From Perna viridis (lineage: Eukaryota), in NCBI GenBank assembly GCA_037379345.1, contig CM074524.1, forward strand, positions 34,791,644-34,855,643: a stretch of 64,000 bases of DNA. Reading direction: 5' to 3'. The notes beneath the pieces are model-generated. The model had not been told where the DNA came from, did no database searches, and saw nothing but the letters and a program-made list of their open reading frames with translations. The position numbers and the translations under genes are program-made. Shown here piece by piece: positions 26,701-38,886 of the stretch. Positions within the stretch are counted from its first letter, which is position 1. The number at the start of each line of letters is the position of its first letter.

Positions 26701-28044
26701 ACTATGAAAATCAAATATGATTCTTGAAATAAAATGCTTGGCAGTGCGCAGCTTGATACGATCGCAGATGTCCAATACTGAACAGTAGGGGCAATTCAAG
26801 CTTGATACAGCTGCTCGGAATTTTGATTGCGATCGAATATTCGACATAAGAAAAGAATTTGACTAAAATCGCAATGGTGCCTTTTTTGGCCCATTATTCC
26901 TGAATAAGCACGAACCCAAAATCATTCTAGCCTTCCTTTAGCGGGTACATGAATGACACTTTTGGTACAATTTCAAAAAGATCGATTCAGGGACACTCAA
27001 GTTATTATCTGTATATCAACAAAATGCTTGTTTTTGGCCCTTCATTCCTCATCAGTTCAAGCGGCAACATCTACAAATAATCCCAACGATCCTTGAGGTG
27101 TACTACCTTGTACTACAATGTCAGAGAGATACTGTACCATTCACTTATAGTCAAGTTATTGTCCTGACACCATGGAAATGCTTGTTTCTGGCCCTTAGTG
27201 CATAAATGTTTCAAGGTCAATCACAGACTTTCTGTGGTTGTATGACAGCCTATGATACAGTTTCAAAGAGATTCATTCGCCGGTTATTGTACGGACATCA
27301 TGAAAAAGTTGGTTTGTAGCCCTTTTTTGCCACTAATTCTTAAATGATGCACTGTATAAGTCACAACCCTCAAAATCAATCTCACCCTTCCTTGTGTGAT
27401 ATGACACTGTACTACAATTCCAAAGAGATCCAATAACAATTAGTCAAGTTAGATTTTTTGTTTAAACTAATCTAATTATTGTAATTACTCTTCCTCTGTG
27501 GGTCCTTGATTTTAGAAATAATTTATTTGTATTTGTATTAATTGTCCGGACATGAACGACGACGACAGCATCACACCATTATACGACCACATTTTTTTTT
27601 GTTGTCGTGTAAAAAATCTGTCTTCATGGTGGAATAAACATGTCGACACACAAAATCTATCCACAGTCAAGTTCAAGACGAAAAGGAATTATACACCAAA
27701 CTCTTACCCGTTTTAACACTATACTTTATGACATCCTCACAAGCCGACAGGAGTCGATCGTCCGACGTCGGTTTTGTAATGTCGAGGTCAAGCATCTGTT
27801 CAAGTTCTTTAGGGTGTTTAAATTCAACAATTTTATTGTTTCTGTCGTTCGCTTTATCAAGTCCATTCGTCAGCATCATGTCAAACAACTTAGTAAGGAA
27901 GTAATGTTGGTCGCCATTTTGTCCCAATCCGTTACTGGCGCCATTTGATGTTCCGTTCGAGTGCACAATCTTGGATTTTTCTGCTTTTGTCTTCTTCGTT
28001 GGACTACATGCTACGCCATTTGCTTTCGCGTGACCGCTCTCCAT
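14582..28044 (-). CDS. CSAD: Cysteine sulfinic acid / acidic amino acid decarboxylase (CSAD/GADL1 type), 11 coding exons, 520 aa
   Basis: Exons 28044-27708, 26467-26377, 25546-25440, 24585-24470, 22982-22848, 19619-19438, 18039-17961, 16851-16652, 16132-16081, 15589-15500, 14755-14582. All introns are GT-AG with consistent phases, 1563 nt in total. Motifs [29 protein letters not shown] (PLP lysine), QCGR. CSAD versus GADL1 orthology cannot be resolved without a tree. Confidence 0.93.
15500..15589 (-). CDS. CSAD: CSAD/GADL1-like exon 10
   Basis: [30 protein letters not shown]; flanked by AG and GT. Confidence 0.92.
16081..16132 (-). CDS. CSAD: CSAD/GADL1-like exon 9
   Basis: [17 protein letters not shown]; phase 2 to 0, fits its neighbours. 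Confidence 0.88.
16652..16851 (-). CDS. CSAD: CSAD/GADL1-like exon 8
   Basis: [38 protein letters not shown]. Confidence 0.95.
17961..18039 (-). CDS. CSAD: CSAD/GADL1-like exon 7 (PLP-binding lysine)
   Basis: [26 protein letters not shown]. Confidence 0.95.
18206..18382. mobile_element. Short MITE
   Basis: Terminal inverted repeats cagtggcggatccag and ctggatccgcccctc. Confidence 0.75.
19438..19619 (-). CDS. CSAD: CSAD/GADL1-like exon 6
   Basis: [22 protein letters not shown]...WLHVDGAWG...MNGIE. Confidence 0.95.
22848..22982 (-). CDS. CSAD: CSAD/GADL1-like exon 5
   Basis: [45 protein letters not shown]. Confidence 0.95.
23257..24073 (-). mobile_element. 5'-truncated Penelope-like retroelement (RT C-terminal half plus 3' UTR) in a CSAD intron
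   Basis: ORF 23534..24094: FRYIDDVL (catalytic DD), [24 protein letters not shown] thumb region typical of PLE RT. It stops at ...DLFNGS* with no C-terminal GIY-YIG. Confidence 0.85.
24470..24585 (-). CDS. CSAD: CSAD/GADL1-like exon 4
   Basis: [38 protein letters not shown]. Confidence 0.95.
25440..25546 (-). CDS. CSAD: CSAD/GADL1-like exon 3
   Basis: [35 protein letters not shown]. Confidence 0.95.
25570..25893 (-). mobile_element. Older Penelope-like 3' fragment, ending about 23 nt upstream of the exon 3 acceptor
   Basis: Diverged, internally deleted copy of 23257..23605. Confidence 0.75.
26377..26467 (-). CDS. CSAD: CSAD/GADL1-like exon 2
   Basis: [30 protein letters not shown]. Confidence 0.95.
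26725..27616. mobile_element. Probable non-autonomous Helentron-type (HINE-like) element with internal diverged ~150-bp repeats
   Basis: Repeated ...tacaatttcaaagagatc...caagttatt...gcttgtttttggccc units, a (GAC)n microsatellite and a terminal tatacgac...gtcgtgtaaaaa hairpin. Family assignment is inference. Confidence 0.5.
27708..28044 (-). CDS. CSAD: CSAD/GADL1-like exon 1
   Basis: [10 protein letters not shown]...[17 protein letters not shown]...[10 protein letters not shown]; donor G|GTAAGA. Confidence 0.9.
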
Positions 28045-29261
28045 TTTTACTCACTGGAATAAGTTAAGAAACTGGTAAGTCATTCTTAAACAGTGATTGG
28101 TCGGGGAGGCATGCACTGGTATGGACGAAATACAACTTGTTCCGGATATTCTTATGCCAAAAATGAATATGTCTTTCTAATTTAATGATTAAAAAGAATC
28201 TACGTTTTTTTTGGTTCAATGGTTTCTAAGTCAAGGTTCTGCTTGTTTTTGCTACAAGACTGATATCAAATATCGGCAACAAGAAGTACCGTCACCAGTG
28301 GGATAATTCAAATACGTCAAAATCCCAAAACTTGACCTGAACACAGAAAACAATGACAATCTACATACACAATGTGGAAAATCGAATACAATAGAACAAG
28401 ATGTTACACCAAAACAAAACAAAAAAAACTAATTTAGGCACTTGCAATATGAACTCCTACAAAAAAACCTGGTGTATTGTACGTGTACGGGTATTATCGA
28501 TTTGTACATTTATAATTTAAATATACATGTATATGGCTATTTTCCACAGTTTATAGCAAAAGTAAATGAATTGGTTCAAAAGTAGTGTGTCGAGCTCAAA
28601 AGCATTGTCGTATTTAATATATAATGCTGCTGAAATGTTTTATATTTTTATTAAGTTGCAGTCTTTATAAAAAGCAATCTGGACGTGATTCATGCATGTC
28701 AAAAACTCACCAAATTTACTTTCACTTCTTGTTTAGGAACAGTTACAGTACAGACCACCTAACCAAAAGCTGTTCATTTGGCTATTGCGCTTGTGAGATA
28801 AAAAACTTATTAGACAATAGTCTTTTGTGTATTGGGATATTTATTTTTGAGAAAACTGCGCTATAATCTCCCACTACAATCAACCAAATCAAACAAAAAT
28901 CAAGAAAGGAAACTCTTGCAAAGTGCTAATTTCATGTAAAATCTATATAAAAATATAGCATGAATGGACCAAAAAAGCATCGTTTATTCGGTGGGTTTTT
29001 CTATACAGTGAATCACCTTACGACAGGCAGTGTCTGAATTTTATATGGACTGGTACTTAAATTGTCACAATGAACTTATTGTACTGAGTATGTATGTAAT
29101 ATTCATCTACAATGTATATGGCTACTACTCGGCACGATTCGATAGAACCCCCTGACCTTTACGATTAGAGACAACCGATCTTGCCGAACAAACTGGTACA
29201 ATCTATTATGTATTTATAATTGTGTAAACAACAAACATCAAACGGGGTTTAACAAGAGTTA

Positions 29262-29700
29262 GTCTTCTCCCTATACAATAAAGTTTTCTCCCTAGACAAG
29301 AAGGTATTCTCTCTATACAATAAGGTCGACTCTTTAGACAATAAGGTCTTCTCCCTATACAATAAAGTTTTCTCCCTAGACAAGAAGGTATTCTCTCTAT
29401 ACAATAAGGGCGACTCCTTAGACAATAAGGTCTTCTCCCTATACAATAAAGTTTTCTCCCTAGACAAGAAGGTATTCTCTCTATACAATAAGGTCGACTT
29501 CCTAGACAATAAGGTCTTCTCCCTATACAACAAAGTTTTCTCCCTAGACAAGAAGGTATTCTCCCTAGACAAGAAGGTATTCTCCCTATACAATAAGGTC
29601 TATACTCTCTAGACAATAAGGTCTATACTCTCTAGACAATAAGGTCCTCTCCATATACTCTAGACAATAAGGTATTCTCCCTAGATAAGGTCTTCTCTCA
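29262..29700. repeat. 21-bp minisatellite organised as an 84-bp higher-order repeat
   Basis: Monomers such as tctccctatacaataaagttt and tctccctagacaagaaggtat. The four-monomer block repeats about three times (28-aa periodicity in ORF 29206..29616). Confidence 0.92.
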
Positions 29701-29890
29701 AGACAGTAAGATGTTTTTGGCGAAAGTTGCTAGTCTACGCCTTAGAAAATTAGATGTTCCTTATCATAAATACTGATGTTGACCCCTGACATAACAAGGT
29801 GACCCTGGTTTTTGTCAAACTGATCAAAAAGTTTAATACTTCATCAACTAGAACTAAGCACTTTGAATGAGTCTGAAATGGACGAATTTC

Positions 29891-30834
29891 TATGGCAAGC
29901 CAAAGTGGACAAAAATCAATATTTTGTCATATTAGAAAATGAATTTCTAATATTACAAAATCATTTTTTAATATTAGAAAAGATTTTTTAATATTAGAAA
30001 TTCAATTTGTAATATTAAAAATTCATTTTCTAATATTACAAATTCTTGATTTAGTAATATCATAAAATATCACACATTTTGTAACATTACAAATTGAATT
30101 TGTAATATTAGAAAATGATTTTGTTATATTAGAAAATGACTTTGTAATAATAGAAAATCAGTCACATTTTTTAATATTACAAAATGATTTTCTAATATTA
30201 AAAAATCGCAGCTGAATACGACAAATCCATTTTCTAATATTAGAAAATGAATTTCTTATATTAAAAAATTGTTTTTTAATGTTAGAAATTCAATTGAATT
30301 TTTAATATTAAAAAAGTGTTTTGTGATATAAGAAATATAATTTGTAGTATTAGAAAATGAATTTGTAATATTAAAAAAAACTTTTTTCAATATTAGAGAA
30401 CACTTATTTTCTAATATTACAAATTCATTTTCTAATATAAAAAAATCATTTTCTAATATTACAAATTTCTGATTTAGTTATATAAAATATCATACATTTT
30501 GTAACGTTACAAATCGAATTTTTAATATTAGAAAAAATAGTTTGTAATGTTAGAAAATCAGTCACATTGTTTAATATTACAAAATGATTTTCTGATATTA
30601 AAAAAAGCGTCACGAAATACGACAAATCCATTTTCTAATATTAGAAAATCAATTTCTAAAATTCAAAAATAGTTTTTTAATATTAGAAATTCAAATGAAT
30701 TTTTAATATTTAAAAAAAGTTTTTGTGATATAAGAAATCCAATTTGTAATGTTAGAAAATGAATTTGTAATATTAAAAAAATCATTTTTTTAATATTAGA
30801 AAATGCTCATTTTTGTTCACTTTGGCTTGCCATA
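29891..30834. mobile_element. MITE / foldback-like element filled with palindromic AT-rich microrepeats
   Basis: TIRs tatggcaagccaaagtggacaaaaat and atttttgttcactttggcttgccata; flanking direct repeat AATTTC (29885-29890 and 30835-30840); interior of repeated tttctaatattagaaa units. Confidence 0.88.
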
Positions 30835-30983
30835 AATTTCCAAGTTAACTTAACTGACACTAGTACAAGCATAGTACAAAGCTGTCAAAAAGGAGAAACA
30901 ATGCTGCATAAAAAAATAAATAAACGATGAAAGACGATTTAGTCAACCTACTACTCTGAGAACGTTTTGGTTGGTTGAAATAA

Positions 30984-31079
30984 TCGTGAACTGTGTGAGC
31001 CGTTCACACATGGCTAGTACCCATTACTTGGTCGTGAACTGTGTGAGCCATTCACACATGGCTAGTACCCATCACTTGG
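30984..31079 (+). repeat. 48-bp direct duplication at the 5' end of the L1/Tx1-like element
   Basis: tcgtgaactgtgtgagccgttcacacatggctagtacccattacttgg x2 (30984-31031, 31032-31079); each unit contains a tgtgtga/tcacaca hairpin. Confidence 0.9.
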
Positions 31080-33154
31080 AATACATTATACGAGTTTAAA
31101 ACATCTTAAATTAATGAAATAGATATCAATTAACATAACCTGTTTTGAAATTTTTCCGTAATGGCAAACTACCAATTTACCCGACATGCAATAGTGATTG
31201 TTGCTTTATGTGCTACTGATTTTAGACCAAGTTCACGACTTAAAATTTTCTGATATCATCATCTTCTGCAAAACTTTCCATCAGTTCTATTGATAATCCA
31301 AGGGTAATTCAGGGTTAACCAGCTGTATACACTGGTGCCCTTGAAACAAGATTAAATGTGATAGGTTGTGAGAATGTAATGTCACAGTTGATGACCCTGA
31401 AAACATAACACATCCTTCTTACCAGAGGAATTAACTTATAAGACAGATACATAAAAATGGTTGATGTTGAAAAGCAAGTTACAAACATGACAATAAACGA
31501 TGCTCCTTGTGAAATGAGCGATATGACAATAAGTTACATATCTAAGTATGGAGAAGTAGTCCAAGGATCTATGAATAGGGGCACAATAAAAGAAACAAAC
31601 ATGGAAACTGGCTCTCGTTATGTCCAACTTATGAATCGTGTCCCTGTCATTCCAAATACTACTAAATTTGGAAGGTTCGATGTGCGTCTATTTGCTGACA
31701 AGAACAGAACAGGATGTCTCTATTGCTCAAAAACCGACCATCCCTCCTACAAATGCATCCAAAAAGCCTGCACGTAGAACTCCACCGTAAATGCTATAGA
31801 TGCAACAGTCTGACACATACTATTAAAGACTGTCCACATACAGGCATTGTCTGTTACCGGTGCGGCGTGGAGGGCCACGGGCATCGCCAATGCGTGGCGG
31901 AAGATCGAGTGATATACGGCGTTTATATTCATGATATTCGGGAAGGACGGAGCGCCAACCGTACGGATGACAAAACTAAAGCGACCGTCCATACAGAGCA
32001 CGACAAACAAGTAATAATAAAACTATTGAATCCGTGCTGGAAAATGAAAATGAGCCAATCTCCATTCCCGAACAGTCGGTAATTCTAGGTGCGTCAAACT
32101 GCATAAGAATTGAACTTGAACAAGCTGTTGATAATGTACATATCTTTGCAGTTTCAGGAACCACATTAGAAAACGATCAAATTTTATTTGACAAGTCAGA
32201 TTCAAATGTGGAACCAGAATCAGTGAAAAATGTCATAGTGAACTTGGGTACAAATGATATAAGCACCTTCAAAAATGAGTTAGAACAGGTCATTGTTAAT
32301 CTCACTAATTGTGTAGATAAGGTAAAGGCAAAATATCAGTCAGCCAAAATAGGTATTTGTAGTGTTATGCCTTGAAGAGTCAAGAGTGCTTATATTCAGG
32401 ATCTTAATAAGAATGCTGAGTTTGTTAACAACTTTACTAGAAAACCATGTAAAAACAGTCAAATGTTACAATTCATTGGTTTATGGTCAGAGTTTACACC
32501 AAATAATGTACCAAACAAGGTATTATATGATGTAAAAGATCTCATAGGGATCCACACAAGTCATACTGGTGCTGAGATAATCAGTGACATTTTCTGTGAT
32601 TTCATGCATACAAGTGCTGAATGTGAATATAACCCCCCCCCCAAGTAAGGAAAAGGATTCGCAGCTCAGAATCCTCTACACCAGGATCTATCAGTAAACA
32701 ACAAGCTAAAAATACTTCAAGATAAAGTGTGCCTCTGTAGCTACATTGTACATGTCTTTTAAGGTCACAATTGTTTGCATATATTGTTGTGGTTTAAATG
32801 TCTATCGATTGTATTGATTGTTATATCATGATCTCCTTAATAACTTTAAATGTGATTGTAGACGATAAAAAGCGCAATTTTCAATTGGTGTGAACAAAAC
32901 AAAACCGATATAATATGCCTGCAAGAAACGCATAGTTCAAATGAGGTAAAAAGTAAATGGACCCGCGAATGGGTCGGCAAGAGTTTGTGGTGTCATGGAA
33001 CTAGTAAATCTAGGGGGATTGGCATTTTATTTTCTGACAAATTTAACCATGACATAGAACAAACTAGGTGTGATACTCACGGAAGGGTTGTTTCATGTCG
33101 AGTTAAAACAGTTAATGAACTATGCCTAAATATTTTTACCATATATGCTCCTAA

Positions 33155-36100
33155 GATTCATTGATTCATTCAGCACTGAACATACCCCTACCACAAACTT
33201 TACAAAAAAGGGGAAGATCCAGATCTACTAGAAGGGGGAGGGGTAGAGGCAGAGACTCACAATAAATATTTTTATTTACAAAATGTACACAAACTATTAA
33301 TTTGTTATGTAAACCAGGATTTGTGAAATACTTTTTGGTTTCGTACATGTAAATGCTTTGAAGTGAATGTAAACATTTTCCCTATATGTATCACACAAAT
33401 TTATATGGTATATATATATATTACCAGTATTATGCTGTGGTCAGCTTTGTGCATTACGTTGTGTTTTGTTTTTTCGAATCATTAGTTCAGATTATAATAT
33501 TGTCTATATGATATGTTACTGACATCCATACAGTTTTGAAGGAATCAAGACAAAAATGGGGGAAAAACAAGTAAATACTTGCAATATCACAACTGACAAA
33601 GAGTTAATTATATTATACACATACATACATGTATATATAAGAAACATCAAATATTTCCTCACTAACTGTTTGTTAAGTTTTCCTCAATTGAACACAGAAG
33701 CTCTAAAGCCCCAGTTTAAGTTAAAGTATACATTGATATAAATCATAAGACCCAGTTTAAGTTAAAGTATACATTGATATAAATCATAAGACCCAGTAAT
33801 TGAAATTGATTAGAATCCGATTTCTATCTTTATTTTTCTGTAGCACGTAAACTTAAATTGTTGAAAATGACCTCAATTAAAATGGGGTTTTGGAACATTG
33901 GGGGCATGATTACAAAATATAACAATAAGACAGACGACCCATCTTTCATAAATAAAGTTAACAATTTTGACATACTGTTCTTGGCAGAAACTCACTAAGG
34001 TGCAAATAAATCACTGACAAATATTGGTAAGATGTACTGCCATACTGTATGTAGAATGGCTTCTAAAGTTAATAACAGGCACTTTGGAGGTCTTGCAATT
34101 TTATGCAAACCTGAAATTAAAACCATATGTGAAAATTCTTAAAACTTCTGTTGCTGACTATCAGTGGGTGAAACTAGGAAAAAGTTTTTTTGGATTTCAA
34201 AAGGACCTTTTTGCTTGTGTTTTATACAGTCCACCAGAGGTGTCACCTTACCTACAAAACTAATCTGTGGAGAATTGAATGCTCGCGCTTCCACACTACT
34301 TGACTTTATTGAAAGAGACAGCAGTATGTACATGCCCTTACATTCAGATTATACTCATGATACCCCACTTTTGAAACGTCTAAGTAAAGATACTAAAATT
34401 GATAAGAAAGGATAAGAGCTTGTTGGACTTTGCATAAGTCATAATTTAAGAATATTGAATGGGCGAACACTGGGTGACCCCTATGGTAACTTCACATGTT
34501 TTACACCAAATGGTGCAAAATGGTTACACACTTGTGTCGGAGAGTATCCTAAAGAACATTTTAACATTTCTAGTTTAACCTTTTATACCATTATTGTCAG
34601 ATTGTCATTGTTTTATACCATTATTGTCAGATTGTCATTGTTTTATACCATTATTGTCAGATTTTTATTGTTTTATACCATTATTGTCAGATTGTCATTG
34701 TTTTATACCATTATTGTCAGATTTTTATTGTTTTATACCATTATTGTTAGATTGTCATTGTTTTATGCCATTATTGTCAGATTGTCATTGTTTTATACCA
34801 TTATTGTCAGATTGTCATTGTTTTATGCCATTATTGTCAGATTGTCATTGTTTTATACCATTATTGTCAGATTGTCATTGTTTTATACCATTATTGTCAG
34901 ATTTTCATTGTTTAATAGAATGGTCTTTAATTGCAAAATATAAATGTATTGAACTTAGTGAAAAATATTTCAACAACTCAAAAATCACCAAATTTTATAT
35001 GGTCAGATGATTCTGCAGAACCATTTCAATCAGCATTGTTGTCTGATGAAATTCAACAAAAACTTACAGAATTTGAAGAAAAGCATATAGAAGATTCCCA
35101 GGAATCAATTGATGGTGCAGCACTGGAACTTGCCAAAATCATAATTTTGGCTGCAGAAAAATTATTGAAACGAAAATAGAGTAAAAAAAACTAAAAAGAA
35201 AAAGAAATGGTTTGATACTGATCTTTTCCTTAAGAAAAAAACCTAATAGATTATGGAAATTTTTTTTCAAAATATCCAAAAGATCCAATTGTAAAAGGAC
35301 ACTTTTACAAACTTTACAGATAATACACTAAACTTAGAAAATTTAAGTGCAGAAAATATAAACAATCCCTTCTATCCGAACTAGAAAAGCTTAATGAAGA
35401 AAACCACAAATTATATTGGCAATTAATAAATGATCTGAAAGACAAAGAAAGAAGGGATGAAAGTTTCACAGTTGCATCATCAAGCTGGTTGTCACATTTT
35501 AAAAATTTAAGTGACCCAAAATCTAGCTGTATTACACGTATTGAAGAGCTAGATAATATCCTAGAAAACTTAGAGAAAATTGATACATTTAATGAGCTTG
35601 ATTTTATAATTAGCACCTTCTGAAATAACAAAAGCAATTTCTGAAACAAAATTAAACAAATCACCTGGGCGAGATAATGTATCCAACAACATGATAAAAC
35701 ATGGCCAGTTATCACTCATGAAAAGTCTTCATAAGATATTTAATCTTTGTTTGTCTAGTGGGCTCTCGGATATATATCGCCTATCTTTAAAATGGTGATA
35801 GTTCTTGTCCCAATAACTATAGGGGAATTACTGTCACTAATGCACTTGGAAAATTACTCAACAAAATTCTTGATATAAGACTCGATAAATTTTTAAAAGA
35901 AAGAAATGTTATTGACAACACACAAATTGGATTTACACGAAAAGCTAGAACATCTGACCATATGTTTATTATGAAAACCTTAATAGATAAGTATTGTAAT
36001 GTAAAAGATGGTAGGATGTTTGCCTGCTTTGTTGATTTTCAAAAAGCTTTTGATACAGTCATTCACACAGGTATTAAAATAAAACTATTAAAAAGTGGAG

Positions 36101-38233
36101 TTGGGTCAAAATTTTATAATGTCATCAAAAGTATGTACAGTCTAAGTAAGTCTTGTGTTAAAATTCAGAACCAGTTAACTGATTTTTTGAAGTAAAATTG
36201 GGAGTAAAACAAGGGGACAACTTGAGTCCAAATTTATTCAAAATATTTATAAACGACTTGCCGGCTTACTTGAAAAATACTCCTGACCCAGTATATATGA
36301 ACTCAAGCCCACTCCACTGTTTAATGTATGCAGACGCTATAGTATTACTGTCATCTTCAGTAACAGGCATACAGGCTAAATTAGATATGCTACACTTATA
36401 CTGTAAAGATTGGTGCTTAAATATTAATACCTCGAAGACAAAGATTTTGAATTTCAACAAAGCAGGCAGACTCATCAAACATATTTTTTTTTATTTTATA
36501 ATTCACAAATAGAGTGTGTGTCCAAGTATAAGTACCTTGGCATTACATTCTGTTGCTCAGGCACTTTCTCCTTTGCTCAGAATGAGTTATATCAAAAAGA
36601 ATTGAAAGCATATCATAAGCTTAGAAATGATTTTTTATCTTTAAATCCTTCAATAAAGCTTCTATTAAAGTTTTTGATCATACCATCAAACCAATTCTTC
36701 TATATGGTGCTGAGATATGGGGATATTTTAACCCATACAAAACTAGACTTAAAAAAGAAGTTTTACCACTCGATGATATATACCAAAGACTTACATGTGA
36801 AAAACTTATGTAAAATTTTCAAAATTCATTTTGGGTGTTCATAAAAGGTCCACAAATTTAGCAGTATTGTCAGAACTAGGTCGCTTTCCACTTCACTTTG
36901 ATATTATCAAATCGGTGATAAAGTATTGGTATAGACTAGAAAATTTACAGTCGGACTTTCCATTGCTTCAACAGGCCTATGCAGAATCTAAAAAATTGTT
37001 TAGACAAAATAAACACTCATGGTATGGATCAATAAAATACAATATGAACATTGTTCAGGATATAAAAGATAGTCTAACAAACATGACTCAATTCTCATTT
37101 GAACGAATCTCTAAACTGATCCTTTCTCAGCACTATAGAGAAACATGGGTAAGAAATTTGAGAAAGAACAGTGAAGGCAAACTTAATGTATATGCTAAAA
37201 TTAAAAACATTTTTGGGTTAGAGAAATACTTATCTCAAGTCAATTTTGAGCAAAGGAGAAAAATTACAAAGCTGCGCATCTCATCTCATAGACTAGAGAT
37301 AGAAACAGGGCGTTATCATGGTATTCCTAGACAAAATAGATTATGTCGCAGGTGCAGCTCAGGAGAAGTAGACGATGAAGTACAATTTCTTTTTTCATGC
37401 TCACCAAATGAAAGAGAGAGAGATATACTTATGTCTATATGAGTCAATAATATCTACATGTCCACATTTTATTAACCTCAGTGATTAAAACAAATTGATA
37501 TGGATCTTAAATTGTGAAAACTCTATTATTTTATCTGGTTTAAGTGATCTTGTTATATCAAGTGGTGTTTAAATTATAATTTTTCTATTTTCTTTTTGTA
37601 TATGTTATTTATTATTATTATTATTTTTTTATCTATCATTAATATCTTCCCATATCTTTTTCTGCTTATATTGTAATATGTAATGTAAGAATTTTGGGTA
37701 ATTAAAAGCCCAGTATATGCAAAGTTGATCCTTAATTTTCATTCTTGAAGCCTAGAGCACCGCCCCTTGGTGTCCTTTGTCTTGAAGCAACTCAAAAGAC
37801 TTGCTTCTCTGCACTGGACACAAGGAGGCTTCTAGTGAGAATTATGTCCACTGCATTATTTATTTATTTATTTATTTTTAATGCATTATTATCACTATTG
37901 CAAATAGATATGCCCTTAAGTGAATATACATTTACATTCTTTATTCATATAATAATTTGATGATCATAATTATAATCTCCATTATCATAATCCAATTTTG
38001 TAAATGAAACTGAGGTGTGTCAGTATGATAACTAAACACTGTGCTGATTACTATGATGTATTACTCATAATGCAAGTACTAGCTAAAAAAATGTGACAAT
38101 TATTTAGTTTGTGAATTAACTGTTGATATTATATGTTATTATATATGTTCAATCAAAACTGTTGTATGTAAAAAAAATTGTATTGTAATCATGCCCTTTA
38201 TGGGCCCTTTATTGGTGAATAAACAGTTCTATT
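33155..38233 (+). mobile_element. Degenerate RTE-X/CR1-group LINE inserted in the L1 endonuclease region
   Basis: EN start MGFWNIGG near 33868, LAETH, FVDFQKAFDTV, GVKQGDNLSP, LMYADA, C-terminal LEIETGRY...RLCRRC zinc-finger region; AATAAA near 38218. The host L1 frame IYAP(N)IPGH is split by it. Confidence 0.85.
34581..34910 (+). repeat. 30-bp tandem repeat, 11 copies, inside the LINE endonuclease
   Basis: Unit ttttataccattattgtcagattgtcattg in exact 30-nt register. Confidence 0.97.
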
Positions 38234-38886
38234 CATACCTGGACACCGCAGACGATTTTTTATAGATAAAATTCGAGTAAATGCTGGGGAAACACGTTTT
38301 ACTGGGCGATTTCAACTGCACGTTCAATAAGGAACTAAATCGAAAATATGTGCCAAAAAAAAAAACGACGATGTTGGTACTTCGGAATTACGAAAACTCA
38401 TACAAGATAATAATCTTGTCGATGTCTGGAGAGTCTGATATCCGAATGAAAAACAGTACACATTTAGTAGAGGGAATTCAAAGTCACCAATAGACTATTC
38501 TTATTAGCAGCGAGATGCAATATATGATAAACAAAACAAAATTAGTACATTTTCCGTACAGTGATCACGACGGGGTCCTTGTCAAAATGAAACTTATGGA
38601 ACCACAGCGCGGACCGGGTATTTGGAAACTGAACTTCTCCGTGGTACATTCAGATGAATTCAAAAACGTATTTGAAACTTTTTGGAGTTCGTGGAGTTCA
38701 CAATATCCGAATGGTGGGAAGCCACTAAAGTTAAAATCAAGAGTCTTTCTATTGAAGTCTCTTAAAAACTGAATATTTCTGAAAAAGTAGTTAAAGAATG
38801 GGTAAGAGAAGTAGAAAATATCGACGAAAATGAACCTGGCCTAATTGATAAAATAAATACTTTAAAAAATAGAATAAAAGAATATT

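Noticed and set aside
29206-29616. Cys/Arg-rich repetitive ORFs as proteins
   Set aside because: They are translations of a stop-free minisatellite, and several frames are open.
34455-35010. Repetitive hydrophobic or Cys-His ORFs as membrane or metal-binding proteins
   Set aside because: They are products of the 30-bp tandem array inside a frameshifted LINE.
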